A stretch of 64,000 nt of DNA from NCBI GenBank assembly GCA_965112155.1, contig OZ218102.1; one strand, 5' to 3'. This stretch comes from Podarcis liolepis. Its lineage: Eukaryota. Each line of letters starts with the position of its first letter. Positions within the stretch are counted from its first letter, which is position 1. Below are positions 14,001 through 26,000 of this stretch, piece after piece. Both the position numbers and the translations under genes were made by a program. The notes under the pieces are model-generated. The model was not told the origin of the DNA. It saw nothing but the letters and a program-made list of their open reading frames with translations, and ran no database searches.

Positions 14001-17000
14001 TCTAGGCACTGAGAAATCGTGTTTGCCGTCTTCCAGTGAAGTGTCTTCTTCAGTCACCACTGGAGGTTCTGCTGCTGTATCATCTATGTTTCCCTGTGGA
14101 GTTACTAACACGTCACTCAGTCTACTGGGAGTTCTAAGGGGTGACTCTATGCTAGAGAAATCGCTAAAGAAATCATCTTGCTGGGAAGGGGTGGGTGGCA
14201 CGAAGCGCAACCCAGTGGGAGTTTCCAGTTCCACTTGGATGGTGGGATAACCTATGGAAGACAGCACATTTGGACTGATTGCAATGAAGTATGGAGTGAC
14301 ATATAATCAAGCATGCAGAGTGGCCAGTTAATTATGTAAAATGCGGAAAATGTATGAAATGATAACAACACTTTAATTAGGAATGTAATAATGAATGTAA
14401 CATCCTTAAAGAATGCAACAAAACCAAAGTAGATGAAATGGCTAATACAGCACAGCTTATTACTATTATTGGCCTACAGCACACATGGTTGCAATTTTTC
14501 AATTACTGGTTTTCCAGTAATTTAAGTAGTATTATATTTCTCTTCTCAAAAGCAAATGGACTGAATCTGGATGGCTGCTTGCTGTCTTTTTATATCGAGT
14601 GGTATTTTGTGGCAAAATAACTTTTCTGCTTGTATTTGGATTTACTCAAAAAGTTTAGATGTAATGAATTATGTTATAAAGCAAGACAGCCAGGATTTCT
14701 TAAAAATTGGTGTACATTTTTATAATCCAGTTTCCAAAAGATAAAACTACTTGGCTTTATACCATTACAAATGTGAAATATCATCCGTAGATACTTCAAC
14801 TTTAATCACTGCATCATGATAACGCAGTTGTTAGAAACAAATGAACCTTAAAGAGGGCAGAAAAGTATAGCATATTCTCAGTGACTGTAGAGTCAAAATC
14901 TAAAACAAAAACTACAGGGTAGGGAGGATCTAGATATAAATTTCGGGAACAGTAAAACTACAGAGATGAGAGGATTGTGATGAATAAGGAGATCTTGGTG
15001 ATCTTGGAGACTGAGGCGATCTTGGTGACATGGGTACAATCAGAAACACTGATTGAATAAAGAGAGAAAAGAAAAACATAAGCAACAAAAAAGAGAGAAC
15101 AATAATTATCTAGAACAGGGATGGCCCGCTGGAGACCTGTGAGCCTGATCAGCCCTGAAGTACCTCCCCAATTTTAATAAATGTGTCTTTACAAACAATT
15201 GCCCAAAGGATATTGCATGTAGAATTTAGTGTATAGCTATATTAAGAGCATCCTGAAAAGGCAAAAGCAAGCTACCAATCAGCCTCATGACAGAATCTTT
15301 CTGGAAGGACATTACTTCCTCCACCCAGCAATTAATGATCTTTTGCCACCCGAATGTGAATGCTCCATACCTATAGAGCCCTTACTGCTAGCTTTGCTAT
15401 GAAGCCTGATCATCCATAATGAGGTCTGCTTGCTTCTGTGAAAAGTGCTCCCAAAGCCCAGAGTAGCAGCTGGTGAATGGAGCAGCCCCCAGGAATACAG
15501 AGGTTGACCATCCCTGCTCTGGCAGTTAGACTTGAACATAGACAAATGAAATGACAGTGAACTGTAAACCATATTCTCAGAGGTAAATATTAAGTTGATG
15601 AGCTGATGAAAGGCTGGGATGGGGAGAGAGATCAGCATTACATTGTGCTGCCTGGAGAGCAATGTGCACTAATGTCCCCGTGTTCTGCAACTGAATCAAC
15701 TGAGAGAAAGTTAAAAGGTAGTCTGGTCTTGGTGAGGACAAGAAGCTTGAGGAAGGTTCAGAGGAGAGGAAGGATAGACAGCAACACAGAGAAGCACATT
15801 CTCTTTGTAGAAAAGATACTTGTCTCTGATTAAAAGGCACAAGCAACATTTCAAGAGAAAACTTCTTAAAATGTCCACAGAATTTTAATTTCTGCAATGC
15901 GGTGATTCAATGACCAAGAATGTTGCTTGGGGATGAATTAAGCTCATAAGCGCTGCACACAGCCAGAAAATCCTTGCAGAAGGCAGCAAAAACAGCATGT
16001 GTTTGAATAAAATACAAGAAAAAGGGAGATTCATAGTGTTTAGAAGAACATAGCTTACAAAACGAAACAAAAAAAGGAAGTATTTGGAAAGCAGCTTAAT
16101 GTATCTTCAAAGTCAGAATTGGTTTTTAGCACATGATCAGTAGTACAGATTCATTTATATATTTATCTGCTCAATAAAAGCCTTTACAGTTGAAGAACAA
16201 AAATTGAAGTTAAATCTCAGCATAAATCTGGGCATTGATTAGAGTACCAGAATTTCATTATCCCATTAGGGTAATTTTAGAATGTAAAGAAACAATAAGC
16301 AGTTGTAATTTTACCAAAGGGAACGATTTCACAGTAATTTTAGACTGAGTTCAAAGTAAGTTAATGGAGCCAAACAACTCTGAAGTGTTCATTGATACAT
16401 ACCCTGATTTTTTTTATATTTGAGATAAATAAATATATATTTTATTTGAAACAGTATCATCTTGCATAGTTTATGTTATTAGATGAAAAGACTTTTCTGG
16501 TGGATAAATATTGGTCAAAATGAAACAAATTCAGTTACCATCAACAGGATCATGGAAAACATTGTTTTCATCTGCAAAGCTTCTGGTGCCTGAAATGTTT
16601 CCATAATCAAATATTGGTCCTTCCAACAAAGTTACAATGTCAATCCGATTGATTTTTGTCAATATAGAGGTTAAGGCATCAGCTGTGGAAGGAAGAACAA
16701 AATAGATGAAAAGTATTTCATAACTGAAATTTGTAACTGTCTATGAGTATGGCCAGTGGTCGCAACAGTAACATGTATAGCATGGGAATCTTTATGCATG
16801 CAGTGGATTCAATCAACCAGTCTTTACTTTCCAGTGCACGTCCTCAAGTGTTTAGAGACATGTGTCTCACCTTCACACTTCATGTATCTACCATAGTGAA
16901 TACTGGTGTCATAGAGTGCCAATAAAGCACAAATCAGCTCTTCGTCAATACTCTGTGTATAAGTGCATGCTACTGTAAAAATGGAATAATTCTATTGCCA

Positions 17001-20000
17001 TGCAGTACCTCCCATAGCCATGCCTTATCACAATCTCTAAAACAGTGGATAGCATTCTCCTCACTGCATTGTATGTGCATGGAACTACTTTGGGAAAGGG
17101 CTATGGCTCAGTAGGGGAACATATGGTTTGCACACAGAAGGTCCCAGATATCTCTGCGCAGGGCTAGAAAGACTTATGGGGAGCTGCTGCCAGTTACAGT
17201 TGGCAATGCTGGACTAGAAGGATCAATAGTCTGATTCAATATAAGGCAGTTTCATCTGTTCTCACTGTGAGAACTGTGAAATTGTATTGTTTTAAGCCTA
17301 TCCAGACAAATCCAGTTCACACACGCATGCAGATTCCTTATTCCTTGACTTCTCAAAACTTGATGACCCACAGCTGAATGCATGAATTGAAATGTATGAA
17401 TGAATGTATGAATTGAAAATTATATCTATAGTCTTTGATCTGTGGCATTTTATTCTAACATACTGGTTGAGGCTACAGTCATTAAGTGATAGGTCTAGTC
17501 TGTGTATGAAGTTCAGCAAAATATGGACTTCTACATACTTAAAACAATAATAGTTATGAAACTTACTTGTAGCATTTTTCCCATCTCTTGTCACCCATTT
17601 CTTTAACAACATGAAGCTCTGAGCAATCAAAGAGTTTGGGTTTTCTACCCGGATTTGATTAATTTCATCAACAGAAAAATTCAGCTCTCTTGCCAGTTCT
17701 ATAACACGGGGGAAATGGAGGGGGGAGAGAGATAACAAAGTTTATTTTGAAAACTCTGTTCAGCAGGTCACACATGGAAAAACCAAGTTTGGTTCAGATT
17801 TCTGCCTTTTCAGTGTAACTTGTCATAGAAATCGGAAAGGAGAAAGTCCTCTGAGAGAGCAGGTATCATTTCATCCTGCTGTCTGAAACCTATCAGCCAC
17901 TGTTTGTGGAGCTTTGGGCTGTATCCTTCCTTCACCAGTTCTACAAACCCCACCCAAGAGAGGTCAAGAGGTTGCACAGTTTCTCTAGTTTCCTGCTGTG
18001 TCTAAATGTAGCCTTCTCCAACCTGCTGCTCTCTAGGTTTTTCGGACCACACCTCGGTCGACAACCCTAGCCAGCATGGCCAACTGTCAGGGATGATGGG
18101 AGTTGTGTTCTAAAACATCAGCAGCAGGCTGAGGAAGTCTGTTCTAATAGGACTAAATCAGGCTTCCAGTCAGGTAGACAATCACTGATGACCTCACAAT
18201 TACTATGTGGCATAGCAACACATTGGCTTCAACTCAAAGAACTGAAGCTGGTGTTTTATGCATGCACCAGGGCTTTCTTGTCTTCACCTCCTCATGTTGT
18301 AAGTTACCCTGAAGACTCAGATAAATCTCTGGAAAGGTATATGATGTAGCAAGAGAACTGCAGTCAGAGAGAGGGGAAATGGCCAAAGCAGACACACAAA
18401 GAGTCTTCAAAGTGCAAACAGGTACCTTCCACTCTCATACAGAATACTTTGAATCCAAACTGTCAAATATTGTATACAAAGCTATAAAATATTTCTGACA
18501 TGCCTGGGGTATGTAGGAGGAAGCAGGAGAAGGCAGCAATGAGAGCTCCATTCTTTTGTCAACAGTGGACAAGAGGGGCATGTCAGGAGATCTGCCTGCT
18601 CCTTGAGCAGGACTGGTCATCTGCCTTACTGCCAAGGCAACATGGCTGCAACCAGTGCCTCTCATGGCCCTGGATGCCCCGTGTGCAGTCAAGATCCTTT
18701 CTGGAAGCTACACAATTTTTAGTGCCTATATTACAATACTAGTTGGTGAGAATGAAGAGAAGACTAACTCGCTGGCTTTGCTTTGGAGAGAGGTCTTTAT
18801 AAAAAGGGCCTTTGTGCTACTTCAAAAGTATTTATTTCTTACATTTCTACAGGACAGATGAGGAAGAATAAACCTTGTTAACCTCTCCCCACCCTACAAT
18901 ATCCGAGGCCTGTGAGGAGACAGGACCAATGCAGTGGATTCTAGAGATAAAATGGGGTAACAAAATTGTGAACAAAAACCCCATGCAACATGTGATGGTC
19001 TCAAGACTAAGTTTCCTGCTTGCCCACCTAATGCTATGAAGCTCGCTAGGGGTGTCCTGACCAGGTTACTATCATGTTAACTGATTGCACAGGGTGGTTG
19101 TGTGGCTGGCACATCAGACTTAGCTCCCTGAAGAAATGATGGGATACAAATGCCACAAATGCTTTATAAACACCAGTTTTATAATCTTCTTCATCTTCGG
19201 CGATCACTCATAGCCAAGTAAGATTGTATTCCATAAACCGTGTTTATGGAAATTTTATAAGGAGTACTACTAGAGCACACTTCATAAAGACTTCTTGCAA
19301 TCTCGCTTGTCCACTGTATCCCTCTTTTTCTGAAGACAAAAGATGCCCTGAGGACTAAACTGCACTCTAACACACACACATATACACCCTCAGCCTGGGT
19401 ATCCAAAGGAATTGCTAGTTGCAATATCATCACCACAAAATAAAATCTTACCCGTCCAACTAAGTCCCAGGTGATCGGCCACTATTGCCATCCTTATATC
19501 TGTCCGTTCACATGGACTCTGTGGACCTGTGATTTATAATTTATTGATTAAAGAGGTGCTGTGAAAGAATTCTTAGCACTAACAGCATTTTAATACATTG
19601 TACTATGTTAACTGGTGCTCAGATCAATTGCTAAAATGACTGAGTGCCCTAAAACCTACAATAAATAAATATATTTTTGTCACAGATTTGAAAAAAAATG
19701 CCACCTTTATAAGGCCGAGTGTCAAACTACATGATGTTAATTGTGTAAATGAAACCAAACATGCCAACAATCTATCTACTCAACTGTTCAACAGTGCTTT
19801 AACTACTGGTGGGGTGGTGGAAAACAGTCCACCAGTACTTAAAGGGGGAAAAAAGTTTTCTCTGTTTGACAAAATGAGGGGTGGTTTTTTTTTGCTGTCA
19901 CAAAATGAAGTCTTCTAAGACCTAAACTAGTACATGAATGTATTTAGCATGCTTCACTAGCTGTCTATAGTATAGGCTTCACTTAGAGGAAGAAAGAAGA

Positions 20001-23000
20001 GTATAAAAGACAGCACATACAGATGACAATGACAGAATGAGAACTACAGTAAGTCACTTCACAGGCAATCACAACAGTTCATGCACTAGGATCAACAAGT
20101 TGAAAGTTTTACAAACTAGGCTTGATCTCCACGAGGTGAGCCACGAGAGCTCCAGAAACCTGACTCCCTCCATTCTCACCAGTCCTCTTACTCCTCCTCC
20201 TCTCACTGTCGGACTTTTCAATCTTTGATTTTAAAGATGCTGCCTCTGTTCTCATATCTCTAGCGGGCTTCGATGTAATGGAAGGCTGGAAAACTTGAGT
20301 GGCTTCGGACAGGGACGTGTTTCTTGATGTACTGTCTTCTTCTTCATCGTCATCGGACACCTCTGACTGCAACTTTTTGTCTTCATCAGACAGGCGGTCC
20401 ACAAGCTTTAAAGCCTCTCCACTAATTCCCTTAAAATATTCAATAGAATGTTTACATACCTCCCTAAGCTGACTCTGCTTTACTTTAACTGTTGCTGCTG
20501 CAGCGGTGGTGGTGGTGGTAGAGGTGCTGGTGGTAGATCTTACCTTTAATGGTAATTTAGAAGGAAGCGGTTTGGCTTTGCTTCTCTCTAGCTGCTCTTG
20601 GTTTTGAACTGCTGGTGTCTTTCTAGCTATGGCTAAGTTATGCCTTTGTGTATTTTTTACAGGAATCTTAGACCTTACTTCTACATGTGGGAAAGAGCTG
20701 TTTTGTTTCCTTTTGTCAAGTTTACTATCCTGTCTGACTTTACTCACTCTGCAGGCTTGGCTACTGCTATGTGGGATAGCTTCTTTTGCTGAGGTAGCCT
20801 TTATGGGAAGTTTTGATCTGGCTCTATTCCCTACTGGCTCTGATGACTTCTGCTGTTCTCCGTGTACTTTTGGTTTACAGTGTCCTTGTGTTGCACCTGT
20901 ATCATTTCCTGAAGTGTTTTTCAATTGAGTAGCTTTCTGTGTGGGACACTTAGGCTCAAAATGTTCATTTAGCACTACTTTACAGGTAACGCTATCGTTA
21001 GGTAAAGCGGATGGGTCCAAATTGTTGTTGTTATTAAAATTATCTTTTTGGAAATCATGCTTTTCTGCTTCCCTACCACTTGACTGGCTTGTAACCTCCT
21101 CTATGGCATCATATTCTAACCCCTGAACACCTGGCGTCACAGCCTCTAGCTTATCTGTCACTTCTCCAGAGACATCTTTCTTCAGCGTCATGGCGGAAGC
21201 AGAAATTCCCATTTTAATAGGTGTGCGCAATTTGGGATCAACTTTAGAAGCATTAACAGTGGTCGATGATTTCTCCAGGGAGTTACTACCGGGTGTTGCT
21301 TCCGTACAATCTCCACTGGCCTGGGTGATGAGCTTACATTCAACTTTTGGTGTTTCTACTTCTCCCTCTACGTTTTTTCCTACAGCTTTGTCCCCTGACT
21401 GCAGCTGTGTGATGGCAGTGACTTTATTTTTATCCCCTTCCCCCTTGTCCCCTGACTTCCCTTCAGAAGTATGCTCACCAATCTGAAAAAATTGGAGTCT
21501 TTCTTCAACAAAATCCCTCTTGCTCATGTCAATTGCGCCACTGCGAGTCATCTCAAACATCTTCCCTTCGTGAAACGGGAAGGGATTGGGCTCACTAGTT
21601 GGTGTACTTTCATCAGTTGGAGTTCTGGCTGGAGTCGTATCTGGGGTTGTCGCTTGAGATCTGTCTTCTACAGCAAGGCCAAAAGGCTTAGCCTCGTCAT
21701 CCCTCGATTTGGACTCAAACACTTCATCATCACCACGGTTATTGGACCAAGGGTCAAAATCTAGGCTTTTAGTAGCTACTGTCTTAAAAGGGGTTGCAAA
21801 CTCTTCATCTACTTTGTAACTGAAATATGTATCAGGAAACACAGTCCTGTCAGGGTGCCTGCCTTCCAAAGTGAAAAACTGTGCCCCTGATTTTTGTTCA
21901 GTCTTATCGGCACTTTTTTCAGCTGCTGGACATTTTGATAAAAGTTTGTTTTCTTCAGTACCAACTTTTTCTTCCTCCTCAATAACTTCCAGCTTACTTT
22001 GGCTAAAACACCGATCAGTCTGTTTCAAAATGCCTTCTGTAGCCCATATGTCTTTTTTGATTTCCACTGCTGGGCCTGCAAGTTTGGAATCACTCTCGGT
22101 TAAGCCATCATCTTCATCTTGTAGATCATACCCATCAAGAGAGTCAATTTCAGTTGCATCTGTATCATGGGAAAATTCTGCAGTGGTTGCTATGGAACAC
22201 TCAGTGACAGACTGGTCATTGTTCCCATTTTGCGCAATATCATTCTGGGGAGAATCAAGGCTAAGATCAAAATCATTAGGTTTCCCATTCTCTCTTTTCG
22301 CAGGCAATTTATGCTTGGAGCCTTCCTTCTGGCCATCTTCAAGGTCATTCAATTTAAACATGTATCTTTTAATGGGAACAGGCTGATACAGGGATTCATC
22401 ATCACTGGAGTCACTAAGATCTTCTCCTGGTGGCCCAGGAGAAGGTGGCTGTACTCTTATGAGTGGTTCAGCCAGCTGATATTTGTCATGTTCATCCCGT
22501 AGGTTTACTTCTATCATCTCCATTTCACTCTCAGAGGAGTGGCGCTGCTTTTCTGATTCTGTCTGATCGGCATCTAGCGGAGGAGGAGGAGGGAACTCAA
22601 TGTACGCAACCCGGTTCCCTTTGGGCCTTTTATTAGAATCTCTGTCTAAGCTACTGGGCAGCACTCTGTCAATTTTTGGTGGCTCAACAATGGCCTGTTT
22701 TACAGAGGTTGACTTAGCCTCTGCTTCCTCTTCAGACTCCTCAGAAACCTCAGGGATAGGACTGGGTTTGCCTGGTATATAAGCAATTAGTGAATCAGGC
22801 GTTTTAGATGTAAATTCGTAACTCACTTCCTCTGAGCTAGGAGTTTCAGGTGTTAATGGACTTTTCCCAGAACTATCTATAAAGGACACCTGTTCTAATG
22901 TGTCGTCTTCTGGACTGCCTTGTGGAGAAGGAAGCTGTTTCTGCTGCCTTGTGGTGTAAAAGCCCCCCCTTGTCTCTTGTACCGTCTTACTTTCCTGGCT

Positions 23001-26000
23001 TACAATTTTTTTAATATTTCCTTGTTGCACCTCCCTTTCATATTGCCTCCCTACTTGAACAAAACTGACATAAACAGGTAAGGTTTTTATCTCTTTTGTT
23101 CCCTCAGCTGTTGCTAAAGGGGCTGATTTTGCCAAGTTATCACTATGAATAGAGTCAAAGTCCCTCGAGGGAGACTCCTTTCCTGGGCTATTTTCTAAAG
23201 AATCTGGTGATTTACTAAGGGATAGCTCAGCATCCTCCATAGGAGGACTTAATTTGATGTGCCTACTGCTAAACTGACAAAATTCTGAATACTTATTTTT
23301 AACATGCTCTGTATAATCAAAATTCCTCTCAGTTTTTTCCTTTGCCACACTAGCATGGGACACTTTAGCTGACAGTTCATGTGCTGCATGTTTTAGCTGT
23401 TCATGAACTCCATCGGGAATGCTAGCTGATAACATTCGTTTTTCTTCTGAAATTCTGACTGGAATATGGGATGCAGTCAATGGTTCTTTTTTCTTTGAGG
23501 TTTTATCCATCACTTCACTGGGGGGCTCTCCTTCTCTGACAAAATATTCTCTATAAAGGACCTTTTTGGATGGAGATTTTACAGTCACTTCCTTCACCTC
23601 CTTTGAATGGGACCCACTCGTTGACACCTTGTGCTCATGCTCTGTCACAGTGATGAATTCACTGGCTCTGCCCAGGTCTTTAGTCTCGGGGTGGTCAATG
23701 TGATTGTCTTTTACTGCATCCTGAACAAGCACATGGGACAGTTTTTCTTTTTGTGTGTTATGGGCAAATGTTCCAGGGCTTTCCCATGTCCTATAGACCT
23801 TTTTATCCCAATGCCCCTTGGCTGATGCAGTATCTGAGCTCGTACTGTACGCCAAACCTTTCAGCTTCTGCTCTGCAAAGCCTTCTGGAACATTCTTACT
23901 TGGCATTTCATTTCTGTGTCTGAGTACATCTGAAGCAGCAGCATCTTCCATCGCTTTGCCTTTACCCTGGGCACCATCTTTTAATTTGCTAGCAGGAGAT
24001 TCCCTCTGTAATGTTATACTCCCATCTGCGAGGTCTACCTCTTTTGCATGCTTTTCTCTTGCATAAAACTGATAGACTGGGAGCTTGCTCTCTTGCATTT
24101 TTTTCACTGGGATTTTAGATTGAGTGTCCTGCTTCTTATCATCATGATGTAGGTCCTTATTCTTTGAGCCTATGCTCTGTTCAAACTTCAGCCTAATAGA
24201 ACTGAGTTTGGATTGCTTCAGCTGGAATCCGGTTGGCGAAGCCTCGGGTGTCCTACTCTTCTGAGCTGCTCCTTTCTGCTCCATCAACTGCTTACAGTCC
24301 TCGGTCTGTTGTGTAAGAGCCCTTCTCTCGGGACTGCTAGGCAAACTAGCTGCTTTTCTTTCATCAGCTTTTGGGAAGCTCTTCCCACAATGGCCAAAGG
24401 GCCCTCCTCTAGTCCAGTCATCCTTTGAACTCTGCACCTCAGAAATCGTCACCTTTTCGGGGCTGCTGCTGGTTGAACTATGGCCAGAGTGTGCTTCTTT
24501 CCCATTCCTTTTCTGCTGCTTTTTCTCTGGAGATTGCAGTTCATCATTCAGTTTCTCTGTTTTGTCCCGGAAGAACTGTGATACTTCTGTCAGTTTTTCT
24601 TCTGCCTCCTTAACAGTCCTGTCCACCCTGTCTTCATACATCAACTTTTCTCTACCTCTGTCTAATCTGTTCTCAGTAAAGCGCATCCACATTGCGTGCT
24701 TTGGGCTACTAACATCTCCGGTATAATGTAACACTGTCACTTTATCATAATGATCATCTTTAGACATTTTACCTACACCATTTTCTGATATATCTTTAGA
24801 GATTTTGGTGAGGATTTCTTTGGGGGGGGCTGTGGCTATTTTTTCTCTGCATCGTTTATCATGCCCCTGAAAGTCTGAGCTAAGGGGTAGAACATGGTCA
24901 GTAACTGACTCCTCAGTATCAGAGTGAGACACATCTAGCTTTTCTGAGAGCAGCATTTTCTCAGCAAACCTGTAAGACTCCCCTCTTAGTTCTGACAACT
25001 CATCGTCATGGTACTCTACTGAGTGCTGACTCAGAAGCTTCAGTGTTTTGTACGAGTCATCAGACATAAGTTGGGCAGAACTAGGGCGACTGTCTTCTTC
25101 CTGAGACACGGGAGTATTTACTCTAGAAGACTCCAGATAAGAAGGTAGGGACTCTTCTGCTGTCAGTTCTTCTTCTTCTTGCTGACCTTGTTCATCTGAA
25201 CAAGGAAGAGCATCATGTTTTTCCAAATCACCTCGAGGTAAGTCTTTCTGATAAACATACATTTCTTTCTCTGGGTGCTTTTTGGTTTCTCTAATAATGA
25301 CTTCAGTAGGTTCAGCCTCATTACCTTTTTCGATATGGACCTCTATTATACGCTCCAGTTTGGGTTTCATTTTGCTGTCCTTCTCTGTATGTTGTGGTGA
25401 AATTTCAGTAGACTTGCTAACATCTGGTGTTACCGAAGACTTATGTTCAAACAGACCTGCCAACTCTTTGGAAGGATCGCGTCCTGACTGAAAAGCTTTC
25501 ATGATATCATGAACAGACATGGTTTCTTCAATTCTTTCTGAAGAACTCTCAGTGCACGGAGGCTTATGGTAAACCATTCTGGTTGTGGTAGTTATATGAG
25601 TTTCTTCTTTTACACGGACACCTTTACCAAGAACACATTTGTGGTCTTCATCTTCATTACTGGCTTTCATTTGAAAGGCTTTCATTTTTTCTTTGATAGA
25701 CCCTCCGTTTGGCCTCGGTTCCAGTTCCATAAAAGTAGGTGCTGTTTTCATTGATGGCGGCTCTTCTGCTTGAGGTTCAGGAACTTCTTCTGATGAAGGT
25801 TCATAGCTACGGATCACGTGAACCACCTCAGTTCTTGTCTCTGTAATGACCGGAGGGATGGGTACATCATGGAAAAGTGGTTTCGGCCCTGTGCTCTCAG
25901 CGCTTTGTGGGGCTGAAGGAGTTTTCTCGCTTCTTGTTTCAAAGCCACTGTCAGACAAAGGACTTTTGTCTTGGTCATGTTGGGAAAAGTCATCAGGAGA

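Noticed and set aside
15312-15897. Two minus-strand ORFs of 106-116 aa and a ctttctctcag acceptor-like site near 15700
   Set aside because: The frame continuing from the previous exon stops after about 21 codons; no recognisable homology
20109-20179. C-terminal [22 protein letters not shown] of the 2558-aa ORF
   Set aside because: Intron read-through past the donor at 20180
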